From Trypanosoma brucei (lineage: Eukaryota), in NCBI GenBank assembly GCA_000002445.1, contig CM000208.1:3488001-3552000 (forward strand): 64,000 nt of DNA. The letters run 5' to 3'. The translations under genes were made by a program, and so were the position numbers. Positions 31,237-41,740 of the stretch are shown here, one piece after another. The notes under the pieces are model-generated. The model was not told the DNA's origin. It saw only the letters and a list, made by a program, of their open reading frames with translations, and did no database searches. Position 1 is the first letter of the stretch, and each line of letters begins with the position of its first letter.

Positions 31237-32265
31237 TTACCATACACCCTCACCGTTGCCAAGCTGACGGTTGATGGTTGTAGAATCGCGAAGGGAACGA
31301 AGAGGGTGTTCTCCCAAATCGGGTTGACGCACTCTGTTCATTGTGGGGCCGAAGTTCCGCTGCGGGAGTTGCGAGGGAGGGCCATAAGAATTGTATTGCA
31401 TTCCTTGGTGAAAAGGTCTTGTACTGCTCTCCAGTGGCCGCCAACCCATTGACGACAAGTCGACACCATGGTTAGGCTGCGGATTCCAGTGCGTATTTCG
31501 AGTGATATCCGACACTGCGACCGGATTCGGGAAAATACGAGCTGCAGCCGACGGTTCCGCCCGGTAGAAATGCTGGGACTGCGTGGTGGGCAAACCCAGC
31601 TGTGGTGGTTGTTCACCCGGTTGTCCAGAAAAGGTAAACGTGCATAAATTCTCTGACGCCACAGCTGTCACTCGTGGAGGCAGCACAGTTTGCTCCTCAA
31701 AGATACGGTCAATCTCAAGCACATAATACTTCACTGGAGGTGCCTGTTCCATTTCCTCTTCCTGTGGTTCGATGGGTACGTCCACAACGGGAATCTCTTC
31801 CTGTATAGTAATGTACGGAGGTTCTTCGTTGTTGCTCGGTGGTTCCATAGTTATAGGAACCTCATCCTGAACCTCAGCTGGTGAGTCTACAGCATCCTCC
31901 GTCACCGCAATCGTATCACCTCCATTCAAAAAGGTTACGGGTTCGGGTTCGGGTTCCGACTCCGGCTCCGGGGCCGGTAGAGCAACCACAACTTCGTTCT
32001 TACCGCGGGCGATCTCTAAAAACGAAGGTGAACTACCACCCCTCGCCCATGCATTAGAAGGAGGCACACGAACCTTTTGTTGCACCAAAGGGCCTTTGGT
32101 TGAAGGGGGGTCGGTTGGTCGCGAGTCCCCACCTTTGTTGCCTACGGGAGCCCTTTTTTTTGCCTCGTTTAGCGGTTGATTTTGCTTTTCCTCTTTATTT
32201 GGCCGACTGCGCGTACCATCCTTCTCATCCGCCTTCACGGGTCGTCCTTTACCTCTCGCGTTCAT
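31237..32265 (-). CDS. hypothetical Pro/Glu-rich low-complexity protein
   Basis: 342 aa from the first ATG at 32265. The track adds TTG-Leu. It contains a PEPESEPEPEP acidic repeat and P/Q-rich segments. No recognisable domain. Confidence 0.4.
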   Translation of the reverse strand: MNARGKGRPVKADEKDGTRSRPNKEEKQNQPLNEAKKRAPVGNKGGDSRPTDPPSTKGPLVQQKVRVPPSNAWARGGSSPSFLEIARGKNEVVVALPAPEPESEPEPEPVTFLNGGDTIAVTEDAVDSPAEVQDEVPITMEPPSNNEEPPYITIQEEIPVVDVPIEPQEEEMEQAPPVKYYVLEIDRIFEEQTVLPPRVTAVASENLCTFTFSGQPGEQPPQLGLPTTQSQHFYRAEPSAAARIFPNPVAVSDITRNTHWNPQPNHGVDLSSMGWRPLESSTRPFHQGMQYNSYGPPSQLPQRNFGPTMNRVRQPDLGEHPLRSLRDSTTINRQLGNGEGVW

Positions 32266-32527
32266 TAACAATCAACCGACAAAATAAAAATTACTACAGA
32301 CAATCCTTTTCTAGCAGAAAAATAACAAAAACCCTTTAGAGGCACCCCGAAAGGGGAAGAACATGAGGAAAAAGAACGAAGCATTCATAATACAACCACA
32401 AGCACTAAAAAGATAGGAGGAAAAAGAACAAGGTAAACGTACAAAGAGGCAACACACTCAAAACATTAAATTAAAAATACCAAACCGAAAAATAAAGCAG
32501 AAACAATCCTGTACAGCCCGGATCTCG

Positions 32528-33328
32528 TTAAGCAGCCACCATCTTCCTTCCCATAGAGAGGAACTCGGAGTGCTCGTCGGTGGGGTCGCGCGACACCTCC
32601 GTCTCCGCCCAGAGGTCGGGGGTAAGGAAGCCGTATGTCTTGCGCAGTGCATAGAATGTGGCCATGATGAAATTACCACGCGTACGCGTCTTACCACATG
32701 AGCTAGTATATACGTCCTCAACGCCGGCAAACTCAAGAATCTTCTTCGGCACAGGCGCAGCAACGATACCAGCACCACGTGGAGCAGGGATCAAGCGAAC
32801 GGCAACGGAGCCGCACTTCCCGGTTACCTTGATAGGGATTGTATGCGGTTCACCGATCTTGTTACCCCAGTAGCCACGGCGCACAGGCACAATACTCAGC
32901 TTCGCAGCGATCATTGACGCACGGATGGCCAGGGACACCTCCTTGCCGACGCGGGCGCCGACACCAATGTGGCCGTTACCGTCACCAACAACATTGAAGG
33001 CCTTGAAGCGTGTGCGCTGTCCGGCAGACGTTGCCTTCTGCACGGGGAAAACAAGCATCATCTCATCACGGAGGTCGCCTTCGCGGATCAGTTGGTCCAC
33101 GATCTGATGCTCTTTGATGGGCATCGAGAAGAGGAAGATTTCCTCCAGCGAGGTGATCTTTTGATCCTTCACAAGGCGGCCAAGTTTTGTGCATGGCACC
33201 CATTCCTTCTCATCACCACCACCGCCACGACCGCCACGACCACCGCGACCGCCGCGACCGCCACGTCCGCCACGGCCACGACCGAAGCCGCGCTGCTCGC
33301 CACCTGTACCGCGTGGTGCGTCAGCCAT
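32528..33328 (-). CDS. RPS2: 40S ribosomal protein S2 (uS5), copy 2
   Basis: The 266 aa product is identical to copy 1. DNA identity begins at the stop codon and ends 4 nt upstream of the ATG. The track's MRM start at 33334 is GTG. The true ATG is at 33326-33328. Confidence 0.92.
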   Translation of the reverse strand: MADAPRGTGGEQRGFGRGRGGRGGRGGRGGRGGRGGGGDEKEWVPCTKLGRLVKDQKITSLEEIFLFSMPIKEHQIVDQLIREGDLRDEMMLVFPVQKATSAGQRTRFKAFNVVGDGNGHIGVGARVGKEVSLAIRASMIAAKLSIVPVRRGYWGNKIGEPHTIPIKVTGKCGSVAVRLIPAPRGAGIVAAPVPKKILEFAGVEDVYTSSCGKTRTRGNFIMATFYALRKTYGFLTPDLWAETEVSRDPTDEHSEFLSMGRKMVAA

Positions 33329-33675
33329 TCTCACTGTTCTTGGACGTCTGCTTTGGGCGGGTCGACGGAAGTCGGCAGTGTTGAGTAGAAGTAGAAGAAA
33401 AAGAGGGAAATCGACAGGTAGGGAATCATATATATATATATATATTTATATGCAAATGTGTTAAAAAACTCAGAAATTCATGGTGATCAAATAGAAACAC
33501 CGCCGAAGCAGTGTCATTTAACGACAAAAAGTTGTTTGTCTGCGAGAAAAGTAATATCTGATGCCCTGACACGGTAAAGGATTTAACCCCTACATCGCTG
33601 CATCAGATGGGTATATCAGGGCGGTAGACAAAAGAGGAATTATTAGCAGGGGACAGTGGTTTAGATGACGAGTTC

Positions 33676-34851
33676 CTAGAGTTTTGTCTCCCTCTCCAGA
33701 AGACGCAAAAAATTTCCCGGCACAAGTCCCTTCCGCTCCAATTTCTTGTCATCAGTTGCGGTAGTTGCCTGGCACCAACCATTTTCCGTGTAGTCATCAA
33801 CAATAAACCGGTCCCCGGTCTTGAATCCAATAAACCCCTCTTTCTCGGGGGATACATAATCAAACATGGCTACGTAGACACGTCCACCATTACAGTGTTG
33901 CGCATCGTGTCGATTTGACGAGCGAGCCGTTGCCTCTACTGTCTCATCAGACCACTCCTCCTCACTACTACAATCTTCACTCTCAGACAGTTCATCCTGT
34001 AATTCATCATCCTCCTCACTCAGGGTCAAGTCAGAATCTTTTCGTCTTAAAGACTGCCGAGCTGTCCAGTTACGGTACCGAAGATGTGCCCGGTACAGTA
34101 TTTCCATGAGTATAAATAGTGCAACCCTTAAAACCCACGACTTCCATCTTCCGCCTGCTGGAGGCGCAGAAGACCCACTGGGGGCTAATTCCGCGGCTTT
34201 TGCAACCGCTGCTCCAGAAATCCCTTTTGGTACTGCACCCTCCTGACTCTTTACTATAGACTTCAGAGCCTTTATACTGTAGTACGTTCCAAAGCCAACC
34301 CCAAACAGTTCTAAGCCCGACCGCATTAATTGGAAAAGAATCTGAAGCACATGACCAACGACCTCGATGGTTGAGTGTATAGCCAGCTGCTTCTTCTGTT
34401 GGCGATGCCTTTCTACAGCCTCCTTTTCTTGTCGCCGGCGCGCCCGTCTCTCCCGGCGAGTTTCGGTTGCTAAGGGTTTAGCAAACTGCAGAGGCTGCTG
34501 CTGGTCAGGCTGGGAAGGTAACAACCCACCACCAGCCTGGTCACCGGGAAGCGCTAAGGCCCCATTCATGCCATTGCCGCCTATAGCACCACCAACTGGA
34601 TTGCCCAGAATGCCGTTCATCCCCATGCCACCATAGGTACCGCTCATTGAAGAAAGACCTCCTCCATACATTGAACTCATCCCGCCACCAAGGCCACCAT
34701 AAACTGAGCTCATCCCTCCGCCATAGCCACCGTACATTGAAGACATTCCAGTGCCGTACATCGATGGCATCCCTGCACCATAACCACCGTACATTGAAGA
34801 CATTCCACTGCCGTACATCGATGGCATCCCTGCACCATAACCACCGTACAT
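33676..34851 (-). CDS. PEX13: peroxin PEX13-like glycosomal import protein with an N-terminal YG/MYGG repeat region, a central membrane region, a C-terminal SH3 domain and a C-terminal TKL tripeptide
   Basis: The N-terminus has (S)MYGGYGAGMP repeats, encoded by a 57 bp DNA tandem repeat. Hydrophobic core. A C-terminal SH3-like sequence RVYVAMFDYVSPEKEGFIGFKTGDRFIVDDYTENGWCQ...GLVPGNFL. It ends ...ETKL. The YG-rich plus SH3 architecture is diagnostic of PEX13. The first ATG is at 34851, while the track start at 34926 is GTG. Confidence 0.7.
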   Translation of the reverse strand: MYGGYGAGMPSMYGSGMSSMYGGYGAGMPSMYGTGMSSMYGGYGGGMSSVYGGLGGGMSSMYGGGLSSMSGTYGGMGMNGILGNPVGGAIGGNGMNGALALPGDQAGGGLLPSQPDQQQPLQFAKPLATETRRERRARRRQEKEAVERHRQQKKQLAIHSTIEVVGHVLQILFQLMRSGLELFGVGFGTYYSIKALKSIVKSQEGAVPKGISGAAVAKAAELAPSGSSAPPAGGRWKSWVLRVALFILMEILYRAHLRYRNWTARQSLRRKDSDLTLSEEDDELQDELSESEDCSSEEEWSDETVEATARSSNRHDAQHCNGGRVYVAMFDYVSPEKEGFIGFKTGDRFIVDDYTENGWCQATTATDDKKLERKGLVPGNFLRLLERETKL

Positions 34852-34860
34852 TTTTCCTTC
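34690..34860 (-). repeat. 57 bp in-frame tandem repeat (about 3 units) encoding the MYGGYGAGMPSMYG(S/T)GMSS repeats of PEX13
   Basis: cattgaagacattcca[c/g]tgccgtacatcgatggcatccctgcaccataaccaccgtaca is repeated back to back. Confidence 0.8.
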
Positions 34861-35439
34861 GCTTCGAGTATACACGCGCTGATATATGTAGATATACTTG
34901 GGTGCGTGCACGTCCTCTAGAAACACTTTCCTTTCCCTTTCACCTTTACACTTTTTTCGCAGTGTTAAGCTCGATTGCCATGGGGGGGGGGGTGAGTGAC
35001 AAGGAAGCAGAGTATAGATTTCGGCAAGATAGAATAGGTTATGTTGATGGAATCAATATTACAGCTGATGCAAAGCGTATTTCACGTTAACCCGCACACA
35101 TACTTGATAATAAAGCCGCCCTCTCATGTTCCGTGACGTGAAATTGATTCGCAAGCGGCAGACGCAAGGAAGAAAAAAAACGCGCAACAACCCAGCCCCA
35201 GGAGTAGCTCTGGGGGCAAAAAAAAAAACTGGTGACTAAAGAGGGCACGACGGCAGGGGGGTCAACAGCAGAGGAAGAAAAAAAATTGGAGGCGTTAATA
35301 ACAACAACAACTTGTAAAAACAAAAACGAGAAAAAACCTTCGTACATAAAGGGAGAGTATGCTTCTACACACATGCTACCGCGTGAAGGAAATCTTTTTA
35401 ATTATTGGTGAACACTTGGAGAAACAAATTGGAGAAGGT

Positions 35440-36771
35440 TTATAGTTTCCACTCATCCAAGTTAATTGGTTGACCTGATCGCTTCGCCTCCCGCAATGCA
35501 TCAAGCTTCGCCTGCATTTCGGCCTCAATGCGGTCGGTTTCACGTCTCATTGCCTCCACGTCGTCTTGATGACGCTGGCGTTCCAAGACAATTTGTTCCA
35601 ACAAGGCCTTTCGTTTCCCATCAAGCTCTCGTGTTGCCTTCAGGCGTGCTTCCTCCTGCTCAGCGGTCAGTTGGCGCAATGTCTCTTCCTGGTGCTGCTC
35701 CTCCTGACGTTGGAGCTCTTCTTGCCTCAACCGCGCTTCCTCTTCCTGTTTCCGCTTCGCCTCTCGAGCTTTCTCCGATGCTTCGTGTTGAGCTTGTTGA
35801 GCAAGGGCTTCTATTATCTTCAGCTCCGCTTTTTGCAATTCCGATGCTATATCTTGTTCGCGCTGCCTCTGGCGTTCACGGCGTGAGCGTTCCTGTTCAG
35901 TTGTGTCTTGCTGAGCCTGTTCCTTCTCAGTAGCCAAGCGTCGCCGCTCCTCCTCTAGTTCTCTCTTTTTAGTAGCAAGCTCCTTGAGATGGGTATCGAG
36001 ATCCACCTGCTGTTTCTTCTGAAACTCAGCATACTCAGCCATCTTCTGTTTCTCTTGTTCGGCCTTGTGTTGCCTTGTAGCCGCCTCCCTCTCACGGCGA
36101 CGGTTCTCTTCTTCCCACGCCATCCTTGCCCTCTCGCGCTCCAACTCCTCTTCCCGTTCGCGCTCTCTCTTCTCCTGGAGATTCCTCCATTCCTCCGCTC
36201 GCTTCTTTTCCTCGGTCTCCAACTGTTTTGCATAGTCTAGTTTAGCTTTGCAAACCTCTTCGGCCTGTCTAAGTTCTTCTTGTTTTCTTTTGAACCATTC
36301 TGAGAAGCTTGTTTCCGAGTTGCCGGGTCTACGAAAGCCTTCACAGTTATTTTTCGAATTCGGGGCACTGCCCCCGTACGTCCCCTTTGTATACTGCATA
36401 AAGATATCTTCAAACAATTTCTCTTCTGACATCGGGTTTGCTCTAGAAGTACGCGTACCATAAGAATTGGGAACAGGGCCCGCCGCGTTCGCTGCCCTTT
36501 CAGTGGCATTTGGTCTCGGTACATTGTGGGCTCGCGCCGTAGGACCATCCCGCCGAACTTCTCTCAGGCCTATCTCTTGATCATACTTTCGACGCTTAGT
36601 GGGCGAACGCAATATCTGGTATGCATTAACGACCAACTTAAATATTGCCTCCCCTTCGGGATTCTTGTCAGGATGTAACTCGAGCGCCTTCAGTTTGTAA
36701 GCCTCTCGTATTCCGTCCTTAGACGCAGTCCTTGGAACCCCCAGGATCGCATAATAGTCCGCCTGCTGCAT
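35440..36771 (-). CDS. DnaJ (J-domain) protein with a long charged coiled-coil (E/R/K/Q-rich) C-terminal region
   Basis: 443 aa. ATG at 36769-36771. The N-terminal canonical J domain is [60 protein letters not shown], with the HPD motif. The remainder is highly charged ER/EK repeats, such as EEERRRLATEKEQAQQ. Confidence 0.8.
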   Translation of the reverse strand: MQQADYYAILGVPRTASKDGIREAYKLKALELHPDKNPEGEAIFKLVVNAYQILRSPTKRRKYDQEIGLREVRRDGPTARAHNVPRPNATERAANAAGPVPNSYGTRTSRANPMSEEKLFEDIFMQYTKGTYGGSAPNSKNNCEGFRRPGNSETSFSEWFKRKQEELRQAEEVCKAKLDYAKQLETEEKKRAEEWRNLQEKREREREEELERERARMAWEEENRRREREAATRQHKAEQEKQKMAEYAEFQKKQQVDLDTHLKELATKKRELEEERRRLATEKEQAQQDTTEQERSRRERQRQREQDIASELQKAELKIIEALAQQAQHEASEKAREAKRKQEEEARLRQEELQRQEEQHQEETLRQLTAEQEEARLKATRELDGKRKALLEQIVLERQRHQDDVEAMRRETDRIEAEMQAKLDALREAKRSGQPINLDEWKL

Positions 36772-39738
36772 ACCGTACTTTTTCCCTTCCCTTTCTCAGC
36801 AGTAATAAGGGAGAAGTGCAGTGGTAAAAGAAGTAGAAATAAAATAAGAGACAGCGACTTTAAGAAGCAGCAACAGACTCATAGATCCAACAAGACAATC
36901 AATAGCGAGCTCGGCAAGCACGTAAGCACCGCCCCCATTTACACACAAGAAAAAGGAAACATATACTCCGTTGCTTACACGGTCAAGGGGGAAGGATCAT
37001 AGGGAAACCAGGCAAGCAAAGCCACAATACGTTTCGCCCCACTATCGGCAGGGTAAACCACCACATATTAAAGACGAACAGGAAGACATGGAGACAACAC
37101 GCCACGCACAGAAGCCACACCCAACGTATATAAGTGCGCGAGTCCCATCTTCTCACACTAGCCATCTATTACATTCAATACTGCATAGGACAAGGGCGTA
37201 CAGAGAAAATTCAAGCAACCATTCTGAACCGGTTATCCAACAAATAAAAATATGCTGCATTCCCTTAACCATCCACACCACAGCATCCTAAAAGGAATGA
37301 CGGTAACGCACTACGTATGTCTATTCACCGTTCCGCCGTCTCTCCTCCTCTATCGCATCTTCCCATTCAAGATCCTCCATTATGCTCTCCGACTGCCGCA
37401 GTGCAGCTGGAAGGCGCGAAAGGACGAAGCCTACTGCGCAAAGTAACACAATGGTCTCACCCCACAGTCCAATATATTCCTGCATGAAGTCCAGCCACGA
37501 AATTATCACACGGTATTTAAACGTTCCAAGCGTCATCTCCTGTCCCCATCCACCACTGCGAGCACTGGTATACCGCATATGCTCTGGAGGCTTTATCCCA
37601 TAGAGAAGATAGTAATTACGTGCCTCAGGGTTCACAAGAATGTCGTATGCATCCTTCAGCTCCTCAAGAACCATCGACCGGTCTTCCTCATTCTTCTCCG
37701 TCTCTTCCACTAATTTCTTTTTTGTTTCGTATGCTCTCTTCAGTTCAGTGGGGTCGACTGAGCGTGCGTCCTTCGTATCCTTCGTGTCCAGCAAAACACT
37801 GAAAAGTTCACGGTCTACCTGAGAGGCAAGGCGATTGTACGCAAGCTCCACCTGTTGATTCTTGGCTTCGCACGCACGACCACAGTGAACCAGCTGCCCT
37901 CGCGCATCCTGATGTTCTTTATACGCCTTACGGATTTCCTGCCGGATGCGGTAGTTCTCCCGCCGTCGTTCCTTGTCAAGGTCCTCTCCACCTGCCTCAT
38001 CAGCAGCAGCTCCGGTAGATTTCGGACGGATTCTCCCCTTCACACCCAATATTTCGTAATAGCTCTCCGCTTCACTTGGAGTGACGGCACCATCATGAGT
38101 CGGATTGACCTCACCGAACCCTTTGCCACTCTCAATCTGAGGTGGCTCCAGGTTAAACTCCACGTCATACTTCGCTAACGCAAGCAACGAAATGGCAATC
38201 ACTACCGCTACGGAGAAAAAAATGCGAAACATAGAGCCAGAATTTTCATGCTCGCCTACGACAGCATCCCACTCGGCTTGAGTGATTATACCACGGTTGG
38301 GGTCCCGTCGAGAGTAGCGGTTGGTATTAGCAAACCGTGAATTGGGCCGCTGCACACCATACATGGCGTTGTGCCGTGCAAACACATCCTCCCGAGCAGC
38401 ACGAGCCGCGCTCTCCTCCAGCTTGTTACGCCGCTCCTGAGCCTGCTGCTGCCGTATTTGCGCTGCTCGAGGTATCATACTTAGCAACTTAGAGCTACAC
38501 TCCCCATTAGTAACAAATTAAAAACAGGATTCAAGGAAGAAGAGGGGAAAAAAAAAAGAAACGGTGATACGACGGGGAAAATAATCGAAGGAAAGCAGTT
38601 TGGTGCGGAAATAGGATTGCGCAAACAATCGCAATGTAGTCGCCCACATACCACACAGTCAGTTACGTCCCTGTTATTACGTAAAATGATTAACGTCGAT
38701 CATATAAATGATTTCATTATTCTTTTATTTTCCCCCACTCATACAGAAAACTTCCATTTACTTCCGTTGCATATTCATCTTTCTTCTCTTGCCTTATAAT
38801 AGTTTTTCTCGCTGTTATTCGCTGGTCCCTTCTTAATGTTCGTTTCCCCTCCCCACTCCAACCCGGGCATAGGAAACGTGAAACACAAACATATAATCTC
38901 AGATCACACAGTCAGACAAAGAGCTCCCCGCGCAGCCTCTCCCACCAAACGTGGCTTTCCTACATCCTTTTGTCCACATTCCTATTCCTATTGCGGGGGG
39001 GATTTGTAGTAACCTGTAACCACAGCGTGGTCACGCTCGAACGGTTCCAGCGAGGCCTGTTCCTTCGGTCTCAGCCCTGAGTCCTTCAGCTTCTGCACCT
39101 CCGATGCAAAAACAGTAGCAGAGTCCGCTGTCGAATCAATGCAATTGGCCTTTATCGAAATAACAAAACCACCGTTCTGTTTCAAAAAGTGTTGTGCATT
39201 CAGAGCTAATATTCGCGCCTGGTCGGGTTGAGCAACATCCATAAAGATGCAGTCTACCAAACGCGGTATCAGCATCCGATATTTCTGCGGGTAGCGGGCA
39301 TCCTCAAGGATCGGGACAATATTACTCCGACGTTTCGACATCTCCTCCAGGTCACGCCCGCTACGGTGTGAGAACTCCACAGCGTACACAACACCCTCCG
39401 GACCCACCAAATCAGACACATGACTAACAGTTGTCCCACTGGCAGCACCCAGGTATAACACTGTTGAGCCCGGTTCCATGTATATCTGAGCAACACCAGC
39501 GTAAATCGCCGCCGCAAGTTTCGACCGGTATGGATTCCACACGCGGAACTCGCAGGACTCGGTCTCTCCGGCAATTGTACCGCTTACGCGCTTCTCACCG
39601 TATATGGAGACACCAGGTACGAGTGACTTTGTGGCAAGAGTGTCTTTACCCGCAAGGAGGTAGCAGCCACGCATACGAGCATGGGGTTGGAATATGTTGC
39701 CCTTCATCCCACCGCCGGCTTTGCCTCCGCCTCGTCCA
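36623..39738. repeat. segmental duplication copy A2, the likely source copy, whose flanking genes are intact
   Basis: Same block as 20578-23694. Here the left end continues into a full DnaJ gene and the right end into a full GAR-domain fibrillarin. Confidence 0.9.
37321..38478 (-). CDS. hypothetical membrane protein with a split J-domain-like sequence (copy 2 of 2)
   Basis: Identical to 21276-22433 except for a few substitutions (N to K, I to R). It lies inside the 3.1 kb duplicated block. Confidence 0.5.
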   Translation of the reverse strand: MIPRAAQIRQQQAQERRNKLEESAARAAREDVFARHNAMYGVQRPNSRFANTNRYSRRDPNRGIITQAEWDAVVGEHENSGSMFRIFFSVAVVIAISLLALAKYDVEFNLEPPQIESGKGFGEVNPTHDGAVTPSEAESYYEILGVKGRIRPKSTGAAADEAGGEDLDKERRRENYRIRQEIRKAYKEHQDARGQLVHCGRACEAKNQQVELAYNRLASQVDRELFSVLLDTKDTKDARSVDPTELKRAYETKKKLVEETEKNEEDRSMVLEELKDAYDILVNPEARNYYLLYGIKPPEHMRYTSARSGGWGQEMTLGTFKYRVIISWLDFMQEYIGLWGETIVLLCAVGFVLSRLPAALRQSESIMEDLEWEDAIEEERRRNGE

Positions 39739-39902
39739 CCTCCGCGGCCCCCACCTCGGCCTCCTCCGCGACCGCCACGGCCGGAGCCACGACCCCCGCC
39801 GCGTCCACCACCGCCGCCGCCGCCGAAAGCTCCCCGTCCTCTACCGCCACGGCCAAAGCCGCCACCACCAGCACCGCGGCCGCCCCCTCTACCACCGCGC
39901 AT
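38988..39902 (-). CDS. NOP1: fibrillarin (rRNA 2'-O-methyltransferase NOP1) with an N-terminal GAR domain
   Basis: 304 aa. ATG at 39900-39902. The N-terminal roughly 65 aa are RGG/GGRG repeats. The core [40 protein letters not shown]...[37 protein letters not shown]...[11 protein letters not shown]...[13 protein letters not shown]...[13 protein letters not shown] is canonical fibrillarin. Confidence 0.92.
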   Translation of the reverse strand: MRGGRGGGRGAGGGGFGRGGRGRGAFGGGGGGGRGGGRGSGRGGRGGGRGGGRGGGRGGGKAGGGMKGNIFQPHARMRGCYLLAGKDTLATKSLVPGVSIYGEKRVSGTIAGETESCEFRVWNPYRSKLAAAIYAGVAQIYMEPGSTVLYLGAASGTTVSHVSDLVGPEGVVYAVEFSHRSGRDLEEMSKRRSNIVPILEDARYPQKYRMLIPRLVDCIFMDVAQPDQARILALNAQHFLKQNGGFVISIKANCIDSTADSATVFASEVQKLKDSGLRPKEQASLEPFERDHAVVTGYYKSPPQ

Positions 39903-40332
39903 TGCTACTCAGATTACTTCGGGCACCTAATTATTAAAAAACGTTAAGATAAAGTTGATCGATATATGAATTTTAAAGGACCGGAGGAGAACTTTTACGA
40001 TAAACTGTTGCATGTTAATAAAAAGCATAACTTTTATGCAGTGACGGACAATAGATGAAATAGCAGCAAGTAATAGTAATTCAGCGTCACCAGACCCGGT
40101 ACAAAAGGAGGATAAATTGCGCTTGTGTATATTTCATGAAGCACCCGCTTCCTTTTTTTCAGTTCTGCTTTCCTGCATGGACGAGCGGGGCGAGAGAAGA
40201 AGCAAGTCAGATGTGCTTAAGCAAAAAAATGGGGGCGCCACATAATCGTCCTCGCTTCCACTTATTTTTGGAGTACGTACACTCACTCTTGTGCATACAA
40301 ACAGCCTTATTGGTATTGTGGTCACGGTCACG

Positions 40333-40902
40333 CTATCCACTCCCTGACTGTGACAACTTACCCAGAATGCTCCTCATCCGCTCCGTATTTTTGGAGTACT
40401 TATTGACCTTGTTGAAAGCCACCATTTTCCCCACATTGACCCACACAGCGTTTTCATCCGAGCATGGCTTCTGTTTTTCTTGTACTTCCTGCTCCTTCAC
40501 GTGCTTCGCTTTGACCTCCTTTATCTTTTCCTCGCGCATCTTATTCTGTTCCTTCAAATATGCCTGGGCTGCTTCTGTCAGTTGCCTCTCTTTTTCCCTT
40601 GATTTCGCGTCAATTTCAGCAGTTCGGGCATCTATACCCTTTTTAGCAGCTTGGCAGACGGCAATGGTGGCGCTCGATTGCTGCACCGGCGCTGCTGTTT
40701 GCGGTGGAATTTGTGGGGTTTGGGGAGTTTGAGGTATCACCGCGGCCTCCGATGCTTGTGGCATTGCCGGGACTCCAGAAGGGGCCTCCGAACTGATCGT
40801 ATTGTCACCTTCCTCACTGTTGGGGAGGGCTGGTCCAGCGTTTCCATTGAATGAGTTCTGGTTAATGTCCTGCCCTGTTTGACTCTCGTTTAGGAAGTCC
40901 AT
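40333..40902 (-). CDS. hypothetical protein (189 aa), with a Pro/Gln-rich N-terminus and a charged coiled-coil C-terminus
   Basis: Clean ATG at 40900-40902. No recognisable domain. Confidence 0.4.
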   Translation of the reverse strand: MDFLNESQTGQDINQNSFNGNAGPALPNSEEGDNTISSEAPSGVPAMPQASEAAVIPQTPQTPQIPPQTAAPVQQSSATIAVCQAAKKGIDARTAEIDAKSREKERQLTEAAQAYLKEQNKMREEKIKEVKAKHVKEQEVQEKQKPCSDENAVWVNVGKMVAFNKVNKYSKNTERMRSILGKLSQSGSG

Positions 40903-41740
40903 AGCGGTTCAAGGTATCTTCGTAGAGTGGTGTCGGTGAAACTATCACGTATTTTCCAGCGAAAGGAAGAAAGAGACAGAGAACAAGAGGGTAGATAATC
41001 CCCCAGGCACGAGAAACGAACCAAAGTGTTGGTTTAGAGCTCCACTAGGAAAAAGGATATCCAAAGCACTGGTATACACTTAACTCAATTAGGCCCCTTG
41101 CCGGAAGCGCCATACAAGAAGGAAAAAAAGAGTGGCGCATCCCCACACAGAGGATCCCAACATAACCACATGAAGCGCACAAGTTAAAGGGAGAGGCAGC
41201 AAGTAACAGCGAGCGCCAATGCAGACTGGAAAGAATGTCCCCTTCAATCACTCCACCACCCCTCCCCCTCACCGAAGGTTGGACCCCAAGATAATGTGCA
41301 TGATAATATATTAGGCGGCACGAACAACACTGCTGTCCCCCCTGCCTTAACTCTACTCTCTTTCCTTTGCTCTATCTCTAGTGCGAGTCATCTGCGGGTA
41401 ACAACTCGGCCAGGAAGGGAAAACATGAAGAAAAAACGACAGCCATACCTTTCACCCATGTGTTCAACTGAATCAGCGCAGTTGGGTCGACCAGGCTGAA
41501 CTTCTTCCAACACGCCACCCCTTTGGCAACAACTCTTCCAATCTTCCACCCTTTCTTACCTTTGGTTAACCTCCTCGCTTTTCGCTCCGTCATCCACTTT
41601 TTCTTTTTTTTTTTACCTTCCACCAACTTTCAGAAATCTACCCCCCCCCTTTTCTCCCCAGTTCTCCAAGCACGACGGCGTGAAATCCCTTCATGAAAGA
41701 AGCGGGAAAAGGCTTAAAAATAGTAGATAGAAAGGGTTGG

